Assembly: GCF_006345805.1 (NCBI RefSeq)
Contig: NC_042999.1
Span: 24,862,001-24,926,000 of the forward strand
DNA: 64,000 bases
Reading direction: 5' to 3'
Source: Octopus sinensis
Taxonomy: Eukaryota
Under the pieces are notes generated by a model. The model saw only the letters and a program-made list of their open reading frames with translations. It had not been told where the DNA came from and made no database searches. This document shows positions 47,501 through 55,639 of the stretch, piece by piece. Numbering within the stretch: the first letter of the stretch is position 1; each line of letters starts with the position of its first letter. The position numbers and the translations under genes are program-made.

Positions 47501-50500
47501 AACACTAAAGATAATGGTCATTGTCCCATCTCAATTCATTGTCATCATCATCATTATCATCACTTAACGTCTGTTTTCCATGCTAGTATGGGTTGGACAG
47601 TTTGATAAAAGCTGGCAAGACTAGGAGCTGCACCAGATTCTATTGTCTGTTTTGGCATGGTTTCTACAGCTAGATGTCCTTCGTAAAGCCAACCTCTTTA
47701 CAGAGTGTACTGAATGCTGTTTATGTGGCATCAACACCAGTGCTTTTTATGAAGCACCAGCACCAACAGGGTCACCAAATACTTTGCCAGATAAAGACCC
47801 CTCAACTGGAACAGGGTGTGGTTTTGCACCACTTGAGAGATTAACAGAGACAGAGTAGATACATGGTGACCCCAGTTGGAAAAGAAAGGATAGTGGGTTA
47901 GAGGTTATTCTGGTTATAATCATCCGCTCTTTTTTAGGCATAGTGTACAAGGACTACATTATCTGATGTCTTTTTTTTTAATAGTAGCTTAAGATTTGAG
48001 ATTTAGTTGCTACTAGCACTATGACCCGGCAACGCTGGATCATAGTGCTAGTGCATGCATATACAGCTGCGTGCGTGCACACATACACGCGAGTACTGTC
48101 CAAATCTCTGACCAATCCCATACAGCTAGCTGGCATTCAATTGGCGTATCAAGTTTCGGGCATTTTGATTGGGTTTTGGATAAAAAATTCACAAAAAAGT
48201 CACTTCTATTGATTTTTTTAATGGCTTTGCAGGGTGACTGGAGAAATGTAAAGATGTGCACGACCACCCTTGGACGGTTTTGAATGACAATAGAAAGTGC
48301 GAGCCCTCTCACTGAAAAATTGTGGATTTGTATAAAGGACACACATGCAGGCATTTTGCCGTTTATATTTTGCCCCACTACACTCACGGAGTGGTTGGCG
48401 TTAGGAAGGGCATCCAGCTGTAGAAACACTGCCAGATAAGACTGGAGCCTGGTGCAGCCTTCTGGCTTCCCAGATCCCCGGTCGAACCGTCCAACCCATG
48501 CTAGCATGGAGAACGGATGTTAAACAATGATGATGATGATGATGATGATATATAGAGAGATTTATTGCAGGTTGAATAACCTTGTAGAACTGCTCTTGTT
48601 GGTTAGTACTCGTGTAGATAATTTCTGTTGATATTTTCAGTGACCATTTATTATTATGGTTGAGTTACTTTATTAATAGTGTGATCAATACATATATAGA
48701 AGCATTTTTACTGATTTCATTACTTCGTTATATTATAAAAGCCACAAATTTATCTCCAACAGGTTGGTCAGTACTTAATGACCTTACCACAGTTATTGGA
48801 ACCGTATATAATCCAAGACAATCAAGCAGTCACTGTAGCATTGCAGCATGGGCGTTTGCCATACACTGAAGATCAAGGTAATGTAGTTCTGGGTATTTCT
48901 CTTTCAGTGTTATCAGGGCCTCGAATTTACAGAGGATGGGAATAGTAAGTTACCATAAGTTGCTAATATGCCAAAGACTTTAGCTGTGTAATTCAGGTGA
49001 GATTTCTTCAAATAGATATTGAAACCTCAACTTGTTGGAAGAATACTCTTTTACTCCTTTACTTGTTTCAGTCATTTGACTGCGGCCATGCTGGAGCACC
49101 GCCTTTATTCAAGCAACTCGACCCCGGGACTTATTCTTTTGTAAGCCCAGTACTTATTCTATCGGTTATCTTTTGCCGAACCGCTAAGTAATGTGGACAT
49201 AAACACACCAGCATCGGTTGTCAAGCAATGCTAGGGGGACAAACACACGCATATAAATACATATATACGACGGACTTCTTTCAGTTTCCGTCTACCAAAT
49301 CCACTCACAAGGCTTTGGTCGGCCCGAGGCAATAGTAGAAGACACTTGCCCAAGGTGTCACGCAGTGGGACTGAACCCGGAACCGTGTGGTTGGTAAGCA
49401 AGCTACTTACCACACAGCCACTCCTGCGCCTATAGTTCATTCATTTTTAAGTTTATTCTGAAAGTAGAACTGTATTGATGGGGGGCACTAGTACTCAGCT
49501 ATTGCAAACTATTAAATCAATCACGTGTGTATAAGTATATATTCTCTGTGTGAAAAGTCTGGCTGCATACACGTTAGCATATGTCAGGTGCATACAATTG
49601 ACAACACAGTTAATTAAGATTTATTCAGTGAGTTCTATTCAACACATGTTTACACGTGGAATCCATTAGATGAAGGCATTTTCAAAGTTTTGGCCGATAA
49701 AGTTGAACTGAAAAACCCTACAATGAGGCATGAATTGCACGAAGCCGTCTTGCAGTCTTGGGAAGAGCTATCTTTGTTGTCTTTTTTCTTCAATTTCTGC
49801 AATTTCAACCAATCATTGACGTCTATTGAGGTAAAAAAAACATTCTGTGCCGTGTGAATATGTCCCTCGTTTAAGAAACAGATTGGGTTTATTTACATTC
49901 GTGAAGAAAAAAAGATACCCTCCCCCCACCCCTAACCCTAAAACAGATTGAAATGCAATAGATCGATACTAGGGTCATAATTATGGGTCACAATTTCATA
50001 TGACACCGCTAGAAAAAAAACTGCTGTTCAAACCGAAAAGATCCCATAAAACAAGTGGAATATTTTGGCCAGATATGCCTGCTTTAAATGCTAAAGGGTT
50101 TAAGCAAAGACAGGAAAAGGGAAACTGGACTGAAGAACAATGCATAACGTATTCCCTAAAAGTAATATTGATAGGCTCTATTCACCGAGGGTAGCTGGTG
50201 TAGAGGTTTGTTACATGTAGAAGACACCATAAGTATTGCAATTTTGGGTTTAAAACACATTATTATTATTTCAATACTTAATGTGTTATAATCATTCCAA
50301 ACTATAACAAGTGCTTCTGTCTTGTAGACATTCCTGAACACAGTGCTGATTTGTGGCTGCAGTCTATTGCTCGAGGAACAATGTTTTTGTATTCAGAAGA
50401 AATCCTGAAGATTTATGAACTCAGTCCGCATGGCACCAAACAACTTGTCACAGATCTTGGTAAGTAAACAGGTTCTAAATAATTGGTTTTATCTGCAGAG

Positions 50501-52597
50501 ACTAATGAAAGATATGTGTTAGTTTTGATGTATAATGTTAACCTAGATGAATGGCAGATTACAAATTAGCATCCGAATGTGGCCGTTGCCAGCGTCGCCC
50601 CGACTGGCCTCGTGCTGGTGGCATGTAGAAAGCACCATCTGATTGTGGCTGTTGCCAGCCTCGCCTGGCCCCCGTGCCAGTGGCACATAAAAAGCACCAT
50701 CCGATCACGGCCGTTTACCAGCCTCGTCTGGCATGTAAAAAGCACCCACTACACTCACGGAATGGTTGGCGTTAGGAAGGGCATCCAGCCGTAGAAACAT
50801 TGCCAGATCAGACTGGGCCTGGTGCAGCCTTCTGGCTTCCCGGACCCCGGTTGAATCATCCAACCCATGCTAGCATGGAAAGCGGACGCTAAACGATGAT
50901 GATGATGATGATGATGAGAGAGAGAGAAGCAGCTGGATATTATTATCAGCTGATATAGGAAAAATGACTGTTGGTATAGATATGAAATGAGTAAAGAGGT
51001 GTTGTTAGTGAAAGGTATCTGGAAAACTAAGATCAAGGAAGACACAAGTTTGGAAATGTGGTCCAGAAGTTTGTTTGACAACCGAATGGTGAACTTAATA
51101 TCAGAGTTCAACTCCCCTGATATTTAATTGATCAATACAGAATTTGGTAAAGAGAAACAGTATGGAATCCATTATTATTTTACACTAGCTTTTCATACTG
51201 GTCTCATATTGATTCCCACTTGAAGTTACTGCCTTTCTTGTTTTGGCTACCCTTCCTAACACCAACCATTTGACATAATGATGATGCATGCATTTTGTCT
51301 GGACACCAACTTTATCTTGCATATATACCCTCCACAAAAGAGACTTTACTGCTCTTTGTTGTCCTTTGTGGTTCAAGGCAATTGCAGAAGATGAACCAAG
51401 GTGATAGTACGAAGGAGGGAAATAGTGTGATTAGAATGGAAGAGAAAGTTGAAATGAAAGAGTGTCATAAAAAAGTAATTGAACAGAGAACAGTAATGAG
51501 GGAAACCCTAATGGCAGCCTGCATGTTTGGTAAGAAAGAGGTGATGTGTTCTCATAAAAATAGTTGAGGGAAGGCATTTTGCAGTTAAGAGCATAGAAGA
51601 GCAGTGATAACGACTGAGAGTGATTGAGTGATGAATTGTTGAGGTAACAATGGTAAGAGAGTGGTGGATGTTAAGAGAAACCGGCGGCGAGAAATAAGGT
51701 GGCGAGCTGGCAGAAACGTTAGCATGCCGGGCGAAATGCTTAGCGGTATTTCGTCTGCGTTACGTTGTGAGTTCAAATTCTGCTGAGGTCGACTTTGCCT
51801 TTCATCCTTTCGGGGGTCGATAAATTAAGTACCAGTTACGCACTGGGGTCGATGTAATCGACTTAATACCTATGTCTGTCCTTGTTTGTCCCCTCTGTGT
51901 TTAGCCCCTTGTGGGTAATAAAGAAATAGGATGTTAAGAGAAACCTGGAGAAGAAGAAGGGGAGCATGTATAGGATGTCAACTGACTCACGTTACTCAAG
52001 CACCATGATGGAAGGGAGATATTTTAATGATAAAGTGGAGCTTGAAGATGATCATTTCTAATGTGTTCCCTTATTTGATGGGTCGCAATGATATAGTGAA
52101 TAGATGAAGGGACATAGAAAGGTGGAAGAATGAATAAGATAAGAGGAGTGGGGTAGAAGGAGACATAGTCATGGAGGTAGGTTTTATTGATTTTGAATTT
52201 TTTTTTTTTCGCTATTTGATATTTAAAATTTAGAAAACTAAGATATTTTCATTAACAAATAGTAAATGGAACAAGAAAATTAATCTAAATCTGTAAAACT
52301 GAAACTGAAGTTAATTTTAAAAAACCCATAATTTAAGGTAATTTTGTCACTGTCTTTAATTTTCTTCAAGTTTGTTTAATATTCTTGTAACTCTCTTAGA
52401 CTCTCTCAGACTTGCCATACTTTCCATTTGCAGATTATTTATGCAATGTTTTGGATGACCTCGGTCTAAGTGCAGAACAAATGCATGACATCAAGCAGCT
52501 GTTGAAAGCTGAACCAGATGAATTCCGGCCTCTTGCCAGTCGAATGCCTCAAAGACTGGCCAATGTGATAAGTCAGATGAGAAACATTGAGCTGTGA
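7612..52597 (+). CDS. COG7: Conserved oligomeric Golgi complex subunit 7; spliced CDS of 24 coding exons, 2274 nt, 757 aa
   Basis: Manually joined GT-AG exons give an uninterrupted ORF: [21 protein letters not shown]...[13 protein letters not shown]...QALQNLPRV...[14 protein letters not shown]...LVDTPDY...[29 protein letters not shown]...[10 protein letters not shown]...[18 protein letters not shown]...[14 protein letters not shown]. This is colinear with the metazoan COG7 sequence as I recall it ([21 protein letters not shown]..., LPAFSLTPLEYISNIGQY...). Exon phases are consistent throughout. Confidence 0.96.
7741..8135 (+). repeat. 50-bp minisatellite array with interspersed ~63-bp units
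   Basis: Unit CAAAGGCGTTCCTGCCATGACTATTCCATCGTGGTCGTTTTAAGACAGTG at 7854, 7904, 7954 and 8004, plus a diverged unit at 7741. The ~63-bp segment occurs at 7791 and 8054. Confidence 0.93.
8301..8929. mobile_element. MITE with GGTAC terminal inverted repeats and a nested SINE
   Basis: TIR GGTACTACTAGCGAACAGTG...CACTGTTCGCTTGTAGTACC; 9-bp TSD TACTTTTAA at 8292-8300 and 8930-8938; internal CCCTAA-like repeats. Confidence 0.85.
8440..8850 (-). mobile_element. tRNA-headed SINE, family A (CORE-like TTGGGCAAG motif, internal CA/TA tract, tail ...GAAACAAGTAAAAGAG)
   Basis: A-box and B-box-like head GGCTGTGTGGTAAG / GGTTCAGTCCC; about 10 homologous copies in the window. Confidence 0.9.
9232..9710 (-). 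mobile_element. tRNA-headed SINE, family D (CORE-like)
   Basis: Minus-strand head GGCTCAGTGGTTAGAGCG...CTCGAATCCCGG followed by GTGTTCTTGAGCAAGACACTT. Single copy, so the 3' boundary is approximate. Confidence 0.7.
9991..10268 (+). mobile_element. SINE family A, 5'-truncated
   Basis: Reverse complement of the 3' two-thirds of the 8440 copy. Confidence 0.9.
11214..11306 (+). CDS. COG7: COG7 exon 2
   Basis: (T)10CAG|[31 protein letters not shown]|GTAAGT, 93 nt. Confidence 0.95.
11508..11923 (+). mobile_element. 416-bp MITE (GGATCTTTTC.GTTTGAACGGCAG TIRs), possibly Merlin-type
   Basis: ~29-bp TIRs; 8-bp TSD AATATCAT; internal CCCTAA repeats; six related copies in the window. The superfamily is inferred only from GG termini plus an 8-bp TSD. 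Confidence 0.9.
12551..12937 (+). mobile_element. tRNA-headed SINE, family E
   Basis: Head GGCCCAGTGGTTAGGGCAGCGGACTCGCGGTC; 11-bp TSD ACATGTTTAAA; near-identical copy at 25873. Confidence 0.9.
13084..14327 (+). mobile_element. Composite VNTR-bearing retroposon, family C, with RTE-like tail ending in (GAT)n
   Basis: Three blocks, each made of 29-35-bp GACACTTGTGAAGACCTGTTGAGGCAA units, an AAATC tract and ~60-bp GGCACCTGTGTCGGTGGCACATAAAA units; then GGCGTTAGGAAGGGCATCCAGC...CATGCTAGCATGG...(GAT)n. Confidence 0.85.
14351..14395 (+). CDS. COG7: COG7 exon 3
   Basis: TTTGCAG|[15 protein letters not shown]|GTAAGC, 45 nt. Confidence 0.95.
14585..15370. mobile_element. Foldback derivative of the GGATC MITE containing a perfect 206-bp-arm palindrome
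   Basis: TIRs GGATCTTTTCCTTTTGAACGGCAG; 8-bp TSD TCATTTTT; 14761-14966 is the exact reverse complement of 14971-15176. Confidence 0.92.
15912..16257 (-). mobile_element. SINE family A (head lost), abutting a family C copy
   Basis: Homology to the 8440 copy. Confidence 0.88.
16258..16500 (-). mobile_element. Family C retroposon 3' part
   Basis: (CAT)n followed by CTGGATGCCCTTCCTAACGCCAACC. Confidence 0.88.
17587..17819 (+). mobile_element. SINE family B
   Basis: 12-bp TSD AGGTATTTTGTC at 17575-17586 and 17820-17831. Confidence 0.9.
18066..18121 (+). CDS. COG7: COG7 exon 4
   Basis: TTTCAG|[18 protein letters not shown](R)|GTCTCT, 56 nt, weak donor. Confidence 0.92.
18941..19310 (-). mobile_element. 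SINE family A
   Basis: Homology to the 8440 copy. Confidence 0.9.
19519..20065. mobile_element. Palindromic retroposon: two head-to-head tRNA-like heads, each followed by (AAT)n and a hammerhead-like tail
   Basis: Centre CCATATGCCCATGGGCATATGG (19811-19832); arms 19567-19821 and 19822-20065; 14-bp TSD TTTACAGCATTTAG at 19505-19518 and 20066-20079. Confidence 0.88.
20243..20327 (+). CDS. COG7: COG7 exon 5
   Basis: AATAAG|(R)[28 protein letters not shown]|GTAAAT, 85 nt. Confidence 0.93.
20399..20434 (+). ncRNA. Minimal type I hammerhead ribozyme motif (Penelope-associated type)
   Basis: CUUU-CUGAGGA-A-GAGC(GUUG)GCUC-GAAA-UGUU^AAAG; stem I 4 bp, stem II 4 bp, loopless stem III. Confidence 0.6.
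21315..21404 (+). CDS. COG7: COG7 exon 6
   Basis: TTTTAG|[30 protein letters not shown]|GTAAAA, 90 nt. Confidence 0.95.
21560..22475. repeat. Repeat element with ~125-bp imperfect direct repeats, each preceded by (TA)n
   Basis: GACAGTTAGGTGATAC...CCAGATTAT.TTTGCAATTTC.GCTG at ~21603-21724 and ~22348-22474. Confidence 0.65.
22820..22888 (+). CDS. COG7: COG7 exon 7
   Basis: CTGCAG|[23 protein letters not shown]|GTAAGT, 69 nt. Confidence 0.95.
24390..24425 (+). CDS. COG7: COG7 exon 8
   Basis: TTACAG|[12 protein letters not shown]|GTAAGA, 36 nt. Confidence 0.93.
24661..25176 (-). mobile_element. Family C retroposon with diverged VNTR units
   Basis: (CAT)n plus the tail motif; GATTTCACTTGCCTCAACA at the far end matches the 13084 copy. 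Confidence 0.85.
25715..25835 (+). CDS. COG7: COG7 exon 9
   Basis: TTTCAG|[40 protein letters not shown](E)|GTAAAT, 121 nt. Confidence 0.95.
25873..26258 (+). mobile_element. SINE family E
   Basis: 11-bp TSD AATCTCAATGG; near-identical to the 12551 copy. Confidence 0.9.
26656..27046 (+). mobile_element. SINE family A, full-length
   Basis: Head GGAGTGGCTGTGTGGTAAGTAGC through to tail GAAACAAATAAAAAGTAAAA. Confidence 0.9.
28113..28195 (+). CDS. COG7: COG7 exon 10
   Basis: TTGCAG|(E)[27 protein letters not shown]|GTAAGT, 83 nt. Confidence 0.95.
28384..28810. mobile_element. Inverted-repeat element (~148-bp arms) enclosing a hammerhead ribozyme
   Basis: 28384-28532 pairs with 28663-28810 (ATAGAGTGGTTGTATAAAGTCAACATAACG.../...CGTTATGTTGACTTTATACAACCACTCTAT); 130-nt spacer. 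Confidence 0.88.
28596..28641 (+). ncRNA. Type I hammerhead ribozyme, near-intact
   Basis: CCUGGA-CUGAUGA-CGGG(CAAGA)CCCA-GAAA-CA(UGCA)UG-UA^UUCAGG. All conserved core residues are present; stem I is 6 bp; GUA cleavage triplet; one C.A mismatch at the base of stem II. Confidence 0.78.
29706..29860 (-). mobile_element. SINE family A, 5' half, diverged
   Basis: CAGAAGACACCTGCCCAAAGTGCCACGCAGTGGGACTGAACCCG. Confidence 0.8.
30629..30739 (+). CDS. COG7: COG7 exon 11
   Basis: CAACAG|[37 protein letters not shown]|GTGACT, 111 nt. Confidence 0.93.
31045..31442 (-). mobile_element. GGATC MITE, inverted copy
   Basis: 8-bp TSD CAGAATTG at 31037-31044 and 31443-31450. Confidence 0.9.
31929..32348 (+). 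mobile_element. GGATC MITE, decayed termini
   Basis: Body colinear with the 11508 copy. Confidence 0.88.
32508..32672 (+). CDS. COG7: COG7 exon 12
   Basis: TTAAAG|[30 protein letters not shown]...INLKQ|GTTTGT, 165 nt. Confidence 0.92.
32891..33557 (+). mobile_element. Non-autonomous Helitron-like element
   Basis: A|TCTATATATATAAAA 5' end; 3' hairpin ATCCG(ATGAACGA)CGGGT followed by CTAG|T; no TSD. Confidence 0.7.
34255..34512 (+). mobile_element. Family C retroposon 3' part
   Basis: One to two VNTR units, tail motif and (GAT)n. Confidence 0.87.
34997..35051 (+). CDS. COG7: COG7 exon 13
   Basis: CATAAG|[18 protein letters not shown](D)|GTAAGC, 55 nt. Confidence 0.88.
35455..35585 (+). CDS. 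COG7: COG7 exon 14
   Basis: TTCCAG|(D)[43 protein letters not shown]|GTGAGT, 131 nt. Confidence 0.92.
36219..36293 (+). CDS. COG7: COG7 exon 15
   Basis: ATTAAG|[25 protein letters not shown]|GTTTGT, 75 nt. Confidence 0.92.
37391..37456 (+). CDS. COG7: COG7 exon 16
   Basis: TTTTAG|[22 protein letters not shown]|GTATGT, 66 nt. Confidence 0.94.
37935..38073 (+). CDS. COG7: COG7 exon 17
   Basis: CTTTAG|[21 protein letters not shown]...[16 protein letters not shown](G)|GTCTGT, 139 nt, weak donor. Confidence 0.92.
38580..38677. repeat. 98-nt hairpin (47-bp arms, 3 mismatches, 4-nt loop)
   Basis: TTGTTTTTAGTTTGTTGCTACTTCTTTGCAGCTTTATGGACCGTATC-GAGT-GATACAGTCCATATAGCTGCAAATAAGTAGCAACAAACTAAAAACAA. 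Confidence 0.9.
38828..39048. mobile_element. piggyBac-type MITE, 221 bp
   Basis: TTAA TSD on both sides; TIR CCCTTTCGTTAC...GTAACGAAAGGG. Confidence 0.88.
39255..39700 (-). mobile_element. RTE-clade LINE 3' fragment
   Basis: [16 protein letters not shown]...[10 protein letters not shown]...LWKP...D.ISRDTG...MMDREVWR, then a (GAT)n tail. Confidence 0.88.
40672..41073 (+). mobile_element. Non-autonomous Helitron-like element
   Basis: A|TCTTTATATATAAAA 5' end; CCTG(AGCAACGC)CGGG hairpin followed by GATACTGCTAG|T. Confidence 0.72.
41127..41247 (+). CDS. COG7: COG7 exon 18
   Basis: ATTCAG|(G)[39 protein letters not shown](K)|GTAAGT, 121 nt. Confidence 0.92.
41277..41900. mobile_element. Jumbled SINE cluster: family A 3' half (-), TA tract, family A fragment (+), family B fragment (+)
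   Basis: Homology to the other copies in the window. Confidence 0.75.
42060..42652. repeat. Minisatellite: 16 copies of an invariant ATCCTCACTGTC core with variable (CAC)n linkers
   Basis: Cores counted directly. It is the source of the poly-His/Thr/Pro ORFs. Confidence 0.95.
42804..42907 (+). CDS. COG7: COG7 exon 19
   Basis: GTACAG|(K)[34 protein letters not shown](G)|GTAAAT, 104 nt. Phases 2/1 fit both neighbours; this is a less conserved part of the protein. Confidence 0.85.
43080..43325 (+). mobile_element. Family C retroposon 3' part (preceded by a family A fragment from ~42980)
   Basis: Tail motif and (GAT)n. Confidence 0.85.
44330..44880 (-). mobile_element. CR1-type LINE 3' fragment
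   Basis: YSERL..LG..TLKLRRL..DL...HKII...TRGH.YK.....S....RKH.FT.RV...WNKLP.......S...FK, typical of the CR1/L2-group ORF2 C-terminus. Confidence 0.85.
45018..45148 (+). CDS. COG7: COG7 exon 20
   Basis: CTTCAG|(G)[43 protein letters not shown]|GTTAGT, 131 nt. Confidence 0.93.
46078..46161 (+). CDS. COG7: COG7 exon 21
   Basis: TTGCAG|[28 protein letters not shown]|GTAAGA, 84 nt. Confidence 0.95.
46410..46767 (-). mobile_element. SINE family A
   Basis: Homology to the 8440 copy. Confidence 0.9.
47543..47780 (-). mobile_element. Family C retroposon, diverged
   Basis: (CAT)n...CATGCTAGTATGGGTTGGAC...GATGTCCTTC. Confidence 0.75.
48013..48560 (-). mobile_element. Helitron-like element with a 41-nt terminal hairpin, carrying a family C insertion (48372-48548, +)
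   Basis: ACTAGCACTATGACCCGG-CAACG-CTGGATCATAGTGCTAGT at 48012-48052. The minus strand ends in CTAG|T and begins TCTCT.TATATAT near 48560. Confidence 0.6.
48763..48877 (+). CDS. COG7: COG7 exon 22
   Basis: CAACAG|[38 protein letters not shown](D)|GTAATG, 115 nt. Confidence 0.95.
49025..49432 (-). mobile_element. SINE family A, full-length
   Basis: Homology to the 8440 copy. Confidence 0.9.
49774..50044 (+). mobile_element. GGATC MITE, right-hand part only
   Basis: Colinear with 11650-11923; ends CAAACCGAAAAGATCC. Confidence 0.87.
50328..50459 (+). CDS. COG7: COG7 exon 23
   Basis: TTGTAG|(D)[43 protein letters not shown](D)|GTAAGT, 132 nt. Confidence 0.95.
50575..50914 (+). mobile_element. 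Family C retroposon
   Basis: Two to three VNTR units, tail motif and (GAT)n. Confidence 0.87.
51683..51928 (+). mobile_element. SINE family B with duplicated 5' end
   Basis: 17-bp TSD GGATGTTAAGAGAAACC at 51666-51682 and 51929-51945. Confidence 0.9.
52434..52597 (+). CDS. COG7: COG7 exon 24 (terminal coding exon)
   Basis: TTGCAG|(D)[16 protein letters not shown]...[17 protein letters not shown], followed immediately by a second stop TAA. Confidence 0.95.
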
Positions 52598-52666
52598 TAA
52601 CAGACCGTATGCTCCAGGATACTTCATAACAAATTGTTGGTTTTATTTATTTTTGAGTGTATGTGC

Positions 52667-52706
<40 letters not shown>

Positions 52707-54093
52707 AAATAAGCAACAAGAATAACTTCGGTAATCGTACCAAATTACCAAAGTTATTCTTGTTGCTTATTTTGATTATAATCACCCCATGGATTTATAT
52801 GGATAACACCATACAAAATTCTGGTGCATCTAACTTAAGTACCATATTCATTTGAATCTAAATTTTGCTGAACTTATATATATATATATATATATAATAT
52901 ATATATATATATACCGGAGTAAACACATAAATGTGAAACAAGGTGGAAAAAAGAGTACTCAAATACAAGTGGTAGAGTAATATGTTTTAAATAAAGTATA
53001 TATATATATATATATATATCCCTGTTAGGAGGCACAAGCAATAACACATACATGTACACACAGTGATAACTTCCGCCTACCAAATTCAGTTACAAGGCTT
53101 TGGTCAGCCACACGCATTTACACATGTACAAACAAGAAAAGGGCATGATACACTATGTAGAGTTCATATTTGTAATGGAATAGTTGGTAACTCACTTGGC
53201 CACTCAGTTTCATGGACACTAAACCAGGTGCCTTGTTGACCAAATACCCATGATGGTTACACACAAGTTTTCGTTTCTATAACATTCTGAATAACAGCCA
53301 TATAGATTTTCAAACCAAGGTTACTTATTACCTCAGTTTAAATATATGGAAAAAAAAAAACAGCACACCAGGTATTGAATACTAATACACACACAGGTAA
53401 CATACAGAAAGATCCAGTGACTGCATTTTCTGTTTATCTGTTCCATAGCAATATTCATTATAATGTCATTAATATATTTCCTTTTGGGGATATTTGGAAG
53501 TAGTGATATCCATGCCTTTCTGAAGCAGGGTTACAAATACAGGAGAAATCAAATGGTTCTGCTTACCAAGAGTTTACTCACATGCATGTATATATGTTTA
53601 TATTCAGAGGAAGAAATTAGAAGATTAATCATGCCACTTCAGATGATTTTGAAACTCAAAAGAAGCATGCACTCTACCATGTTACTCAGCACTTTACTTT
53701 AAATTGTGGTTCTCCCAGGCTTCTAAATGTGTAACACACACATAGGTTAAATACGGTTCATTATATTCATGGAGTAGAAATTATAGACATGTAAATACAT
53801 AGAAATCATCTAATATTTTGAAGTGGCGGCAGAGGTTACATTTTAACACATTTTTTAAATTTCCATTAACAGCCAAAAGTGGCTTTTGATTCACTACTGG
53901 CAACTGTTATCACAGTATCATCAAAATCAATGATTTTTTTTTCTTGTTTTTCCTTCTGTTGGGTGATGTGAGCATATATATATATATATCAAATGTGAGG
54001 ATAACATTCTTTTCGAAAAAAAATATTTTCTCGCAAAAAATTTTATCAATGGCCAGCATATTAAAAATACCTTTAACGGTTAAATTTATAAAC

Positions 54094-54365
54094 AATTCAT
54101 AAATGAGGGCAAAGGAAAAAAATTCTAATGCCAAATATGCTGAAAAATTGGACATATTGTCCATTAACCATATAATTTTTTAACAATATGCACGCTACTT
54201 GAAAAAAGGCTGACAGAAATTTCTAAAAAATTCCATTGTTACCATATCGGACCATTTTGAGTAGCGTGCGTATTGTGAAAAAATTATATGGTTAATGGAC
54301 AATATGTCCAATTTTTTGGCATATTTGGCATTAGAATTCTTTTCCTTTACCCTCATTTATGAATT
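54094..54365. repeat. Inverted repeat, ~106-bp arms, ~60-nt spacer
   Basis: AATTCATAAATGAGGGCAAAGG...GCACGCTACT at 54094-54199 pairs with 54260-54365. It gives the twin ORFs MDNMSNF(S/L)AYLALEFFSF on opposite strands. Confidence 0.9.
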
Positions 54366-55639
54366 ATATATATATATATATATATTATTAGTTTTGTCTG
54401 TTGTTGAGGAACTTGCCAGAACAATTCAGTGTCAAGAGAGAAACATTCCAGGCAGAATGTTCCATTATTTCCATCTTATGTAGCAGCAGCAGACGGAAGA
54501 CTTTTATAAATAATTGCCTTTCCTTTCTTTCAGTAAAAGACTTATTTGCTCAGACAGAAAGAAAAAATTATATTAATAGGGAAAACTGTAAATAAATAAA
54601 AAGAGGGACAAAATGTATCCCAAATTATGTTATGATGTTCGATGTCTTATTTATTTTATATTGCATTCTGTGTTGTCGGTCAGGAGGTCCCAGTGGGACA
54701 GTCACTGGTTCATTGTATTTTCAATGGTGAGAGAGAGAGTGACAAGAGAGTGTCCATACAGGTTGAGTTGTAAAATATGACATGGTGGTATCTGGCTTTC
54801 ATTTGAAACAAATCAGTTTTCTATGATTATAGATCAGTAAGATTTATCCCGTTTTGGGGGGAGCAAACAGAGACTTATGTTATTGTTCATTATCTAGAGC
54901 AGTGGTTTTCAACCAGGGTTCCGCAAGAAGTTACAAAACTGCTAAAATCGGCAGTAATTTTTAATTCTCCTGTGCAGATATGTGTGCATAAGACTATTAA
55001 ATCCTTGCACAGGGGTTCCCTGAGCCAGTGGAATGTTTCCTTGGGGTTCCACTCCAGCAAAAAGTTTGAAAAGCACTGATGTAGGGAGTAGTCAGTAACC
55101 AAAAGCCTGTAGACTGAAGTGACAATGGAATGAGTACAACAACAAAGGCGTGTATATTTGCTGAGAGGACCAAGGAGGGGAACAGGAGAAAGAAGAACAT
55201 CAGAACCAGAAGTGGGAAGATGGAAGGAGCAAGAATATAAAAAGAAAACAGGGATATGTGAAGGTGGTCCTTTTAGCCTGAAAGTAGGGGTCCTTCGAAG
55301 TTCACTCCTCGACCCCCTCCTATTCATCAATGTCCCTCGTGTTACATCTTCAAAAAAACACTGAATATTCAAATCATGAAAACTCTTAGATACCTGCAAA
55401 AATGTGCATTGCCACTACTTATTGTCAATGCAGACTAAACAACAGCAGTGTGGCATGACAAACCCCAGAACAACTCAGTCCATCATCATTCAACATCGAG
55501 TTTCCATGCTGCTGTAGGTTGGCCAGCTGAAAAACTGCCCAGGCTCCATATCTGTTCTGGCATGGTTTCTACGGCTGGATGCCCTTCCTAACGCCAACCA
55601 CTTTACAGAGTACTGAGTGCTTTTACATGGCACCAGCAC

